Shown here one piece after another: positions 1-7,881 of a stretch of DNA of 64,000 nucleotides. Numbering within the stretch: position 1 is the stretch's first letter; each line of letters opens with the position of its first letter. Below the pieces are notes generated by a model. That model worked only from the letters and a program-made list of their open reading frames with translations. It did not search any database and was not told the origin of the DNA. Source of the DNA: a virus (taxonomy: Duplodnaviria; Caudoviricetes); IMG/VR virus record IMGVR_UViG_3300009873_000009, positions 1 through 64,000 of that record. The stretch is one strand, 5' to 3'. The position numbers were made by a program, and so were the translations under genes.

Positions 1-462
1 GACGACGAGGACGACTCCGACGAGGACGACTCCGACGAGGACGACTCCGACGAGGACGACTCCGACGAGGACGACTCCGACGAGGACGACTCCGACGAGG
101 ACGACTCCGACGAGGACGACTCCGACGAGGACGAGGAGGAGAAGCCGGCCAAGGCCAAGAAGGGCAAGGAGAAGCCGGCCAAGAAGAGCGGCGACAAGAA
201 GGGCAAGCGTCCCGAGAAGGCCGGCGGGGACGGCAAGCCGGGCGTCATCGGGTCGATCGTGGAGTTCCTGTCCGCCGCGTCTGAGGACAAGCCGCTGTCC
301 AAGGACAAGCTGGTGGACAAGCTGGCGAAGCGGTTCCCCGACCGCTCGCCGGACAGCATGAAGAACACCGTCAACATCCAGGTGCCGAATCGCCTGGAGA
401 AGGACAAGAAGCTCAAAGTCAAGAAGAACGACAAGGGCTATTGGATTTCGTCCAAGAAGTAG
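1..462 (+). CDS. 5'-truncated acidic/Lys-rich low-complexity protein with C-terminal winged-helix-like domain
   Basis: Frame 1 is open from base 1: (DEDDS)n, then a K-rich linker, then GVIGSIVEFL...KLVDKLAKRFPDRSPDSMKNTVNIQV. Stop TAG at 460-462 is followed by a terminator. Confidence 0.75.
   Translation, partial: DDEDDSDEDDSDEDDSDEDDSDEDDSDEDDSDEDDSDEDDSDEDEEEKPAKAKKGKEKPAKKSGDKKGKRPEKAGGDGKPGVIGSIVEFLSAASEDKPLSKDKLVDKLAKRFPDRSPDSMKNTVNIQVPNRLEKDKKLKVKKNDKGYWISSKK
4..123 (+). repeat. 15-bp tandem repeat GACGAGGACGACTCC x8 (encodes DEDDS)
   Basis: Eight perfect copies read directly, plus a partial ninth. Confidence 0.97.
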
Positions 463-495
463 ACCTGCGGTCGTACGCGGGATGTTTCCTGCCAG

Positions 496-535
496 GACGG
501 GGGAGGGGCCAGAACCCCTCCCCCGTCATTTTTTG
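496..535 (+). terminator. Intrinsic terminator
   Basis: 13-bp stem GACGGGGGAGGGG/CCCCTCCCCCGTC, 6-nt loop, followed by ATTTTTTG. Confidence 0.85.
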
Positions 536-567
536 TTTCCCATCCACACTCTGAAAGACTTGTTGAT

Positions 568-1056
568 ATGATTCTCACTGTCACTCGAAAACTAGAATTC
601 GACGCCGGCCATCGTATCCTACGGCACGAGTCCAAGTGCGCTCACTTGCACGGGCATCGGTACGTCGCCGAGCTCTGCTGCCAGGCTCCTCGGACGGACG
701 ACCTCGGGCGCGTGATTGATTTCGGAGTCCTCAAGACCGTCGTCGGGGGCTGGGTGGATGAGCATTGGGACCATAACATGCTCTTGCATCCCGACGACCC
801 GTTGCTATCCATGTGGAGGGACATCTATGGCCAATCCCAGGGTCAGCTTCAGACCCACGAGTGGCGAGAGCGGGTCTTCTCGGGCAAAGATCCGTTCATC
901 ATGCCCGCGGAGTATGGCAACCCGACGGCCGAGAACCTGGCGCGAGTGCTCTATTACAAGGCACTGGATTTGCTCCTGCCCTACAAACCTCTTCGCGTCC
1001 AATCCGTGAGGATGTGGGAGACCCCCAACTGTTATGCAGACTACGGGGAATCTTAA
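568..1056 (+). CDS. queD: 6-carboxytetrahydropterin synthase (QueD/PTPS family)
   Basis: FDAGHR...CAHLHGHRY, VIDFG, WDH, PTAENLA, VRMWETP motifs. Confidence 0.93.
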   Translation: MILTVTRKLEFDAGHRILRHESKCAHLHGHRYVAELCCQAPRTDDLGRVIDFGVLKTVVGGWVDEHWDHNMLLHPDDPLLSMWRDIYGQSQGQLQTHEWRERVFSGKDPFIMPAEYGNPTAENLARVLYYKALDLLLPYKPLRVQSVRMWETPNCYADYGES

Positions 1057-1148
1057 AGGAACCAAGGGGTAAACATTTATCCCGACTTAGTAGTAACGGG
1101 TTCTCGGCGAGGGGGTCTCGCCGATCGGTATAGGAAGCTCACAAGGTA

Positions 1149-1463
1149 GTGCTCATGAAAGGACCATCGCCTGGCAAGCATGTGCTTGCCAACGCTCGCA
1201 AGGTCGGCGAGTATGTCAACGAGGACGATCGGAACGTCCGCATCTATTTGTCCCCGGCGGGACTCCACGTGGGTTCTCATTCCACTGCGGTTCGCGATCC
1301 CGCTACTATCATCCCCCAATTGCCGAAGCCTGTCAGGCGCAAGGTTCGCCGTGCTCTGGACAAGGCTGGTCGTATGGACTTGGTCGCCCAATCGCTGCCG
1401 GGCGTCTACTTCCGTCGGTCCCCGGCTAAGCACAAGGAGGTGCGTGGTGGTGCCCACCAATAA
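1149..1463 (+). CDS. Hypothetical basic protein between queD and queE
   Basis: 104-aa ORF fills the gap; its 3' end carries the queE RBS. Confidence 0.5.
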   Translation: MLMKGPSPGKHVLANARKVGEYVNEDDRNVRIYLSPAGLHVGSHSTAVRDPATIIPQLPKPVRRKVRRALDKAGRMDLVAQSLPGVYFRRSPAKHKEVRGGAHQ

Positions 1464-2130
1464 ACAACCGAAGGAACGGGTCGAGCGGGGGCTCCTGGTA
1501 GACGTCGTCCACGCCTGGAAAACAATCCAGGGTGAAGGACCATTTGCCGGCTGTCCGGCGTTGTTCCTCCGCCTAGCAGGGTGCAACCTTCAATGCCCTG
1601 CCTGCGACACGGACTACACCAGCAACCGCGCCAAGATGGAACCCTACGAGGTTCTGCGGGTGCTGGAAGGTCTCGCTCCTCCCCGCCTGGTGGTAATCAC
1701 TGGCGGTGAACCGTTCCGTCAAGACCTCTCTCCCCTCATCACCATCCTGGTGCGGGCGGGCTTCAGAGTGCAGATCGAGACAAACGGCACACTCTTCCAG
1801 GAGTTGCCGTTCAAAGACGTCACGATCGTCTGCAGCCCCAAGACGGCCAGCATCAACCCCCACCTGTTCCCTCACATACATTCGCTGAAGTACGTGGTGG
1901 AGCATGGCAAGGTTGACCTCGTCGATGGTCTTCCCCTGCAAGTGCTGGGGAAACCGTGTCGGGTGGCGAGGCCGATGCATGGGATGGCTCTGGACAGGAT
2001 CTACGTCCAGCCTCTCGATGAGGGCGACGCCGAGCGCAACAAGCTCCACATGGCGCAAGCCTTGGACAGTTGCCAGCGGTTCGGATACCGTCTCTGCCTA
2101 CAGATCCACAAGATCGTAGGCGTCGAATAG
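1450..2130 (+). CDS. queE: 7-carboxy-7-deazaguanine synthase, radical SAM
   Basis: TIQGEG...FLRLAGCNLQCPACDT (CxxxCxxC), VVITGGEP, IETNG, LQIHK. The start is probably one of the GTGs at 1444-1450 after AAGGAGG. Confidence 0.93.
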   Translation: MPTNKQPKERVERGLLVDVVHAWKTIQGEGPFAGCPALFLRLAGCNLQCPACDTDYTSNRAKMEPYEVLRVLEGLAPPRLVVITGGEPFRQDLSPLITILVRAGFRVQIETNGTLFQELPFKDVTIVCSPKTASINPHLFPHIHSLKYVVEHGKVDLVDGLPLQVLGKPCRVARPMHGMALDRIYVQPLDEGDAERNKLHMAQALDSCQRFGYRLCLQIHKIVGVE

Positions 2131-2195
2131 CCGGGCGGTCTCTGGCTCCGGCGCAGCTGGCATGACTGCGTTCAGGACCGCCCGGCTTTCTCTTT
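2129..2195 (+). terminator. Long hairpin with U-rich tail between queE and queC
   Basis: AGCCGGGCGGTC/GACCGCCCGGCT 12-bp stem with inner CGCAG/CTGCG, then TTCTCTTT. Confidence 0.5.
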
Positions 2196-2224
2196 CACCT
2201 GTTCCCCCCTTTGGAGACCTTGCT

Positions 2225-2911
2225 ATGCGGACCAAGGCGTTGATTTGTTTATCAGGTGGAATGGACTCCGCCACCCTTGTCGCGGACACGCTTGCGAAGG
2301 AGCGCAACGTGGTCGAGCTCGTCTGGTTCCAGTACGGCTCGAAGCACAACCGCTATGAACTACAAGCCGCGGTTGCCCTGGCCGATTACTTCGGTATCCC
2401 ATTGCAACAGGTTGACCTCTCCAACGTCGGGGCGCTGTTCAAAAGCGATCTTCTGCAGAGCGGGGGAGCTGTGCCGGAAGGGCACTACGAAGAGGAGTCC
2501 ATGTCCCGCACGGTTGTTCCGGGCAGGAACATGATCTTCGCCTCCATCCTCGCCGGTCGAGCCTGGACGCTCGAAGCACAGGAAATCTATCTCGGCATCC
2601 ATGCGGGCGACCATGCTATCTATCCCGACTGCCGACCGGCGTTCGCCGAGGCCATGCGCGAAGCCATTCGTTACGGAACGGACGAGCGCATCCGGTTCGT
2701 GTTCCCATTCATCAACATCACCAAGGCTCAGATCCTCACTCGAGGTCTGGAGCTCGGCGTTCCCTACGAGAAGACCCGGACCTGCTACAAGGACCAGCTC
2801 ATCGCCTGCGGACGTTGCGGTGCATGCCAGGAGCGTCTCGAGGCCTTCCGGTTCAATGGCGCGGTAGACCCCCTGGCTTACGACACCAGGGCCGCGCTCC
2901 CGAAGCGGTAG
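2225..2911 (+). CDS. queC: 7-cyano-7-deazaguanine synthase
   Basis: LSGGMDS, FQYGSKH, VVPGRNMIF, YPDCRP, TCY...CGRCGACQER. GGAGA precedes ATG 2225. No glutamine amidotransferase domain is present. Confidence 0.95.
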   Translation: MRTKALICLSGGMDSATLVADTLAKERNVVELVWFQYGSKHNRYELQAAVALADYFGIPLQQVDLSNVGALFKSDLLQSGGAVPEGHYEEESMSRTVVPGRNMIFASILAGRAWTLEAQEIYLGIHAGDHAIYPDCRPAFAEAMREAIRYGTDERIRFVFPFINITKAQILTRGLELGVPYEKTRTCYKDQLIACGRCGACQERLEAFRFNGAVDPLAYDTRAALPKR

Positions 2912-2929
2912 TTCCCCCACAACCGCTGT

Positions 2930-2970
2930 CACCCCCTGTCCTTGGTTTCCTCACCAGGGGACAGGGGGTG
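2930..2970 (+). promoter_or_regulatory. Strong intergenic hairpin upstream of PRTase-folE
   Basis: CACCCCCTGTCC/GGACAGGGGGTG stem; there is no U-tract. Confidence 0.45.
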
Positions 2971-3011
2971 GGGCGGGTTTCCCTACGACAAACGAGGACA
3001 ACCCCCTTCCC

Positions 3012-3938
3012 ATGAGCCACGAAAAGCACCACCTAAGCTGGGACGTATGCCGTGCCAAGGCGGCCGAGCTTGCCAGCCGCATCCAACGAGAGCACAGCAG
3101 TCGGGAGCTCCGAGCCTATGCTGTCCCTCGCGGCGGTATCCCCGCCGCCCTCCTTATCGCCGCGCAATTGGCGCGACAAGGAATCACCCTGGAGCTGGTC
3201 GACAACGACCGCTGCGACTTCTTTATTGACGACCTGATCGACTCCGGTCGTACGATGGATGCCATGCTCTCCGGTCGCGACTTGACGGAAGGCGAGTTCT
3301 ACGTCCTTTTCGACAAGCGCGAGGAACGGAAGCGAACCGGCGACGCCCCGTGGTACGTCTTCCCCTGGGAGACCGGGCAAGACCTCGGGCCTCAGGAGAA
3401 CATCCGCCGCCTGCTCGAATACATCGGGGAAGACCCGAACCGTGAGGGGCTCAAGGAAACTCCCCACCGGGTCGTGCGGAGCTATGACGAGCTGTTCGGA
3501 GGCTACTCCGTAGATGAGGAGTTCGGTATTGCCGAGCTTCTCAAGACCTTCCCCGGCGAGGATTATGACGAGATGGTCCTCCTGAAGGACTGCGAGTTCT
3601 TCAGCACCTGCGAACACCACATGCTGACGTTCGCCGGCAAAGCTCACGTTGCCTACATCCCAAATGGCAAGATCGTAGGCATCTCCAAACTCGCTCGGCT
3701 GGTCGAAGTCTACAGCCGCCGGCTCCAGGTTCAAGAGCGTATCTGCAAGCAAGTTGTCAACGCCCTTATGATCCACCTGAAAGCCAAGGGAGCGGCCTGC
3801 ATCCTCGAAGCTCAACACGGCTGTATGACTTGCCGTGGTGTCGAGAAGCAGCACTCCATCATGGTGACGTCAGCGCTCGAAGGAGTGTTCCGAGACGGTA
3901 CGGTGCGGCAGGAGCTGTTCTCCCTCATCCGAGGCTGA
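3012..3938 (+). CDS. folE: Gpt/XGPRT-like phosphoribosyltransferase fused to GTP cyclohydrolase I
   Basis: N-terminus: LSWD, AVPRGG, FIDDLIDSGRT (PRPP loop), WYVFPWE. C-terminus: REGLKETPHRV, STCEHH, GISKLARLV, LQVQER, HGCMTCRG. Confidence 0.93.
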   Translation: MSHEKHHLSWDVCRAKAAELASRIQREHSSRELRAYAVPRGGIPAALLIAAQLARQGITLELVDNDRCDFFIDDLIDSGRTMDAMLSGRDLTEGEFYVLFDKREERKRTGDAPWYVFPWETGQDLGPQENIRRLLEYIGEDPNREGLKETPHRVVRSYDELFGGYSVDEEFGIAELLKTFPGEDYDEMVLLKDCEFFSTCEHHMLTFAGKAHVAYIPNGKIVGISKLARLVEVYSRRLQVQERICKQVVNALMIHLKAKGAACILEAQHGCMTCRGVEKQHSIMVTSALEGVFRDGTVRQELFSLIRG

Positions 3939-3939
3939 G

Positions 3940-4047
3940 ATGGAATTCGTCAAAATCCTGGCGGCGGCGCTCGTTCTGTTCTGGGTGATCTTCATTGCGC
4001 TGCTGCTCATCCTGAAACTAATCATGCCAAGGTGGCCGAGACAATGA
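3940..4047 (+). CDS. 35-aa single-TM membrane protein
   Basis: MEFVKILAAALVLFWVIFIALLLILKLIMPRWPRQ; ATGA overlap with dpdA. Confidence 0.55.
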   Translation: MEFVKILAAALVLFWVIFIALLLILKLIMPRWPRQ

Positions 4048-4976
4048 CCATTGACGAACTAGAAGCGCTTGAGGTGGGGTGTGTCAACTCCCACTTCCTC
4101 GACTCGGGCTCGTTCACCCTGTGGACCAAGGCCGCGAAGTGGGCCAAGGAGCACGGCAAGAGCCAATGGGACTTCTACGACACGAAGGAGTTCTGGAAGT
4201 ACGTTGACGATTACGCGGCATTCGTCAAGAAATACAGCTACGGGATTGACCTGTTTGCGAACATCGACGCCATCCCGAACCCGGACATCACCTGGCGGAA
4301 TCAGCAGTACCTCGAGGAGAAGCATGGTCTGCGGCCGGTGCCGGTAGTTCACTACAAGACGGACCTGAAGTGGCTCAAGCACTACATGGAGCGAGACTAT
4401 CCGGTCATCGCTCTCGGCGGCTTGGTCGGCAGTACGTCGCAGGATGCCTGCCAAGGATGGATTGACCGCGCCTTCTCCATCGTGTGCGACCAGCCCTCGC
4501 GCCTCCCTCTCGTCCGCATCCACGGGTTCGGGGTGACGAACTATGACCTGATGCTACGTTATCCCTGGTGGTCGGTGGACTCGACGTCCTGGACCAAGGT
4601 GGGGGCGTATGGCGGCATCATGGTCCCTCACCTGCGCCGGGGCAAGTGGGTGTTCATTACTCACGACCCACGTCTGATCCCCTACGTTGTCAAAGTCTCG
4701 AACGACTCCCCCGATAAAAAATTGAAGGGGAAGCACTACCTGAATATGTCCGAGACCGAGAAGGCTATCGTTCGCAAGTGGCTGGACGAGATTGAAATCC
4801 CCCTCGGCTCCTTCGAGGACGACGGCGAGACGATCAAGGAAATGGGAGTGGTGACTCGGCACACCGAGCGCCGAGCCGCCAACCTGCTATTCTTCGAGCG
4901 GTTGCGCATGGAGCTGCCGGAGTATCCCTGGCCGTTCCGCACCGCCAAGCGAAAAGGGTTCGGCGTAGCACAATGA
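4044..4976 (+). CDS. dpdA: DNA 7-deazaguanine transglycosylase DpdA (TGT fold), apparently lacking the usual N-terminal segment
   Basis: FLDSGSF, NIDAI, PVVH, ALGG, IHGFG, SVDSTSW motifs. It follows folE/queDEC. Confidence 0.85.
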   Translation: MTIDELEALEVGCVNSHFLDSGSFTLWTKAAKWAKEHGKSQWDFYDTKEFWKYVDDYAAFVKKYSYGIDLFANIDAIPNPDITWRNQQYLEEKHGLRPVPVVHYKTDLKWLKHYMERDYPVIALGGLVGSTSQDACQGWIDRAFSIVCDQPSRLPLVRIHGFGVTNYDLMLRYPWWSVDSTSWTKVGAYGGIMVPHLRRGKWVFITHDPRLIPYVVKVSNDSPDKKLKGKHYLNMSETEKAIVRKWLDEIEIPLGSFEDDGETIKEMGVVTRHTERRAANLLFFERLRMELPEYPWPFRTAKRKGFGVAQ

Positions 4977-5137
4977 TCATCTTCTACAGCGGAACGGAGG
5001 GGATCAACCGCAAGCGAATCCCCATCCTCAAGGAGCTGCGACTGATGTGGACGTTTGACATCTGCCGGCGGGAGCATGGGCTGGGAGCACAGCGGTACTT
5101 CCGGTCCCTGAAGCAGAGGAGGAAGAAACTCAAATGA
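4973..5137 (+). CDS. Short paralogue A (MIIFYSG family)
   Basis: MIIFYSGTEG...LMWTFD...RRKKLK, 54 aa. ATGA overlaps at both ends. It is absent from the ORF track because of size. Confidence 0.8.
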   Translation: MIIFYSGTEGINRKRIPILKELRLMWTFDICRREHGLGAQRYFRSLKQRRKKLK

Positions 5138-5334
5138 TCTTCTTCTACTCCGGCTACGGACGTCCGTACGCCGTTCCCGAGAGGATGTTCAAGAGTGAAT
5201 GCAACCTGATGTTCACCTTCAACGACTACAAGAAGACGCAGAAACCATGCTCGCGTTTTCGGAAGGTGATCAAGGCACGGAAGAAGGCCAAGGCGCGAGG
5301 ACCACGATCCCTGGAAGTGATAGACGGCCTATGA
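5134..5334 (+). CDS. Short paralogue B
   Basis: MIFFYSG...PE...NLMFTFND...RFRKVIKARKK; ATGA-coupled. Confidence 0.82.
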   Translation: MIFFYSGYGRPYAVPERMFKSECNLMFTFNDYKKTQKPCSRFRKVIKARKKAKARGPRSLEVIDGL

Positions 5335-5561
5335 TCTTCTACTACTCCGGACAGCCGAGCGAGTTACACGGCACGCCGGAGGGAGTGCTGCGAGACGACG
5401 CGAATGTCATGATGTCCTTCGGGGACGTTGTGCGGTACAAGATGACCGGCCCGGCCCGGTTGCGACGGCTAATGGAGGCGAGACGTGATCATGTATTACA
5501 GCAGCAACGTCTGCGGGGCAAAAGCCGGAACGCCCGAGACCGTGCTGAAGGACAAGGCTAA
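5331..5561 (+). CDS. Short paralogue C
   Basis: MIFYYSG...TPEGVL...NVMMSFGD...RLRRLMEARR. ATG 5331 overlaps the stop of B. Confidence 0.8.
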   Translation: MIFYYSGQPSELHGTPEGVLRDDANVMMSFGDVVRYKMTGPARLRRLMEARRDHVLQQQRLRGKSRNARDRAEGQG

Positions 5562-5667
5562 TCTGATGCTCTCCTACGCGGACCTAGTCCACCACGAGGG
5601 TATCACAGCACCGAACGTCAAGGCACTGCCGCGCTGGAAGAAGATACTCGCCAGGAGGAAGAAGTGA
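5485..5667 (+). CDS. Short paralogue D
   Basis: MIMYYSS...TPETVL...NLMLSYAD...RWKKILARRKK. Confidence 0.8.
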   Translation: MIMYYSSNVCGAKAGTPETVLKDKANLMLSYADLVHHEGITAPNVKALPRWKKILARRKK

Positions 5668-5855
5668 TCATTTTTCACTCCGGCGTGCACCGCAACTTAC
5701 AACCCGGGAGCGTGACGCGGACCGTCGCTCGCGGACCTGTGTTTAGTATCCTGTCCGCTTACGACTGGTTCCGAGAGAACGGTGGCCCCGACCGGGGATT
5801 TAAGATCATCTGCCGCTTCCGCAAACGAGCAAAAGCCAAGGAGTCCAAGCAATGA
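5664..5855 (+). CDS. Short paralogue E
   Basis: MIIFHSG...SILSAYD...RFRKRAK. GTGA and ATGA overlaps. Confidence 0.75.
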   Translation: MIIFHSGVHRNLQPGSVTRTVARGPVFSILSAYDWFRENGGPDRGFKIICRFRKRAKAKESKQ

Positions 5856-6910
5856 AGCGTTTGAACCGTGCCGAGTTTCTTCAGTCCCTGGAAGCAGTCC
5901 AACCGGGCTTGTCCAATCGGGAGATCATCGAGCAGTCGTCCTGCTTCGTCTTCCAAGGTAAGACGGTGACGACCTTCAACGACGAGGTCGCCTGTCGCCA
6001 GCCCGTCCCCATCAAACTCACTGGTGCGGTTCAGGCTGCGCCCCTCCTCTCGCTGCTCCGCAAGATGCTGGAAGACGAGATCGCCATCGACGAGAAGGAC
6101 GGGCACCTGGTGGTCTACGGCAAGAAGCGCGAGGGCGGCGTGCGCATGGAGAAGGAAATCCTCCTGCCGGTTGACAAGGTGGATACGCCGAAAACCTGGC
6201 AACCAATCCATCCCGATTTCCTGGACGCCGTCAACTTGGTTCAGCAGTGCGCGAGCAGGGACGAATCCCAGTTCCATCTCACCTGCCTCCACATCAGCCC
6301 GAAGTGGATCGAAGCGTGCGACAACTACCAAGCCGTGCGCTATAAGGTCAAGACAAAGGTCAAGGAGCCAACGCTCGTCCGGCATTGGGCCATCGCCGGT
6401 ATCTGCTCCGTGGGGATGACGGAGTTCGCCGAGACGGAGTCCTGGCTTCACTTCCGCAACCCATCAACCAATCTGGTCTACTCCTGCCGGCGGTTCCTCC
6501 ACGAGTACCCTGTGGATATCAGCGGCATGCTGGAGACAACCGGCTCGAAGACGGTCCTGCCGAAGGGTCTTGCGGAGGCAGCAGACCGCGCCATGATCTT
6601 CTCTGCCGAGGACAAGGACAATAACGTGGTCCTTGTCTCCCTCAAGCCTGGACGCCTCCGTATCCGAGGCCAGAGCGTGTCGGGTTACTATCACGAGTCT
6701 CGAAAGATCGCCTATGACGGCGAGGCGATGGAATTCGTGATCTCTCCCGAATTGCTCATCGAGCTGACCAAGCGTCACAACGACTGCGAGATCGGTCCGG
6801 GGGCGCTCATCGTTGACGGTGGAAAGTATCGTTACATCTCCTGCTTGGAGAACCCGAACGACGCCGAGGAACCAGAAGCGGAGGAGGCCGATGAGGATCA
6901 GGACGCGTGA
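5852..6910 (+). CDS. DNA polymerase III beta-like sliding clamp
   Basis: DnaN-like N-terminus (FLQSLEAVQP...LLSLLRKM...I.I...DGHL), 352 aa, acidic tail. A clamp loader lies nearby. Confidence 0.75.
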   Translation: MKRLNRAEFLQSLEAVQPGLSNREIIEQSSCFVFQGKTVTTFNDEVACRQPVPIKLTGAVQAAPLLSLLRKMLEDEIAIDEKDGHLVVYGKKREGGVRMEKEILLPVDKVDTPKTWQPIHPDFLDAVNLVQQCASRDESQFHLTCLHISPKWIEACDNYQAVRYKVKTKVKEPTLVRHWAIAGICSVGMTEFAETESWLHFRNPSTNLVYSCRRFLHEYPVDISGMLETTGSKTVLPKGLAEAADRAMIFSAEDKDNNVVLVSLKPGRLRIRGQSVSGYYHESRKIAYDGEAMEFVISPELLIELTKRHNDCEIGPGALIVDGGKYRYISCLENPNDAEEPEAEEADEDQDA

Positions 6911-7017
6911 GGTCCGGGTCTACATATCTAGAGAAGATCCGGAGAACAACGGGCATCCGTTCGTCACCGGCTTTGTTGCTGGTTACGATTTAGTTTCATG
7001 TCACAAGGAGCCTTACG

Positions 7018-7881
7018 ATGAAGAAGACCAAGAAGATCAGCGATCTGGAAGCCTTCGACATGCTGGTGGATTACGAAGTGGAGAAGATGTCCAAGAAGCA
7101 GATCAAAGAGAAGTATCGTCCGGGGGAGCAGGGGACCAAGATTGACCGCATCCTGTTCCCGGAAGGAACGCCTCCTCTGGCCAAGGGCGGTGTCCACAAG
7201 AAGCATGTTCGCAAGCGATTCTACGAAGCCAAGAAGAAAGGAGGGAATGCCTTACGGGATTTGCGTCAAAAGCTCGTGCAGGAGGAGAAGAAAAGGGAGG
7301 CCAAGTCTTTCACCCTCCCCGAGCGCCTGGCCAGCTCCGAGGGGGCGCGGGGGGAGTGGAACCATGCCATTCCGCTCGTTGCGCAGTCGTATGGTCTCCG
7401 CAAGAATGGGAGCTGCGGGAGCGGGTGCTACGTCCCTCCTCCGCGGCAGGAGTACTTCGACCTAATGATCGGTGTCCTGGATCGCTGCCTGTCCGAGATG
7501 CTGATGTATTCGAAGTGCGACGGTCTGTCCGAGATCAACAAGAAGACCCTGAAGCACCACGCCGAGGACATGAAAGGGGCCGCGGAGAAGATTTTGGAAC
7601 GGCTCAACCCACCGCCAGACATCCGGTCGTATGTAAGCCCGGACGAGCTGTCCGCACGGGAAGACGCGGACATGATTCGCAAGATCGACGACGCGATCAC
7701 TCAAGGAGGGTTCAGGAGTCTCGGAGACTACCTAGACCATCTGGAACGCTGTGAGCGTAAGGACTTGCACCGCACCGAGGCGGAGCGCGAGTTCGGGCGC
7801 AGCGTTCTGCTCAAGACCCGACCGGGTCGCCTGGGTGAGCTCGACACGGCTCGCGCCAAGAAGCACGGGAGGAAGCACTAA
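7018..7881 (+). CDS. Hypothetical protein
   Basis: 287-aa ORF with GGAG RBS; 1-nt overlap with the next gene. Confidence 0.75.
   Translation: MKKTKKISDLEAFDMLVDYEVEKMSKKQIKEKYRPGEQGTKIDRILFPEGTPPLAKGGVHKKHVRKRFYEAKKKGGNALRDLRQKLVQEEKKREAKSFTLPERLASSEGARGEWNHAIPLVAQSYGLRKNGSCGSGCYVPPPRQEYFDLMIGVLDRCLSEMLMYSKCDGLSEINKKTLKHHAEDMKGAAEKILERLNPPPDIRSYVSPDELSAREDADMIRKIDDAITQGGFRSLGDYLDHLERCERKDLHRTEAEREFGRSVLLKTRPGRLGELDTARAKKHGRKH

Noticed and set aside
1180-1449. N-terminal extension of QueE in the ORF track (similar extensions at 2162, 16927, 59675, 60909)
   Set aside because: Better RBS-associated downstream starts coincide with family N-termini, and the extensions overlap other genes.
1057-3011. 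preQ1 riboswitch in the que operon spacers
   Set aside because: No preQ1-I-type short stem with an A-rich 3' tail, or other class consensus, could be found by eye.
6813-7145. 110-aa ORF bridging the clamp gene and ORF 7018
   Set aside because: It overlaps both neighbours out of frame and has no RBS or motif.
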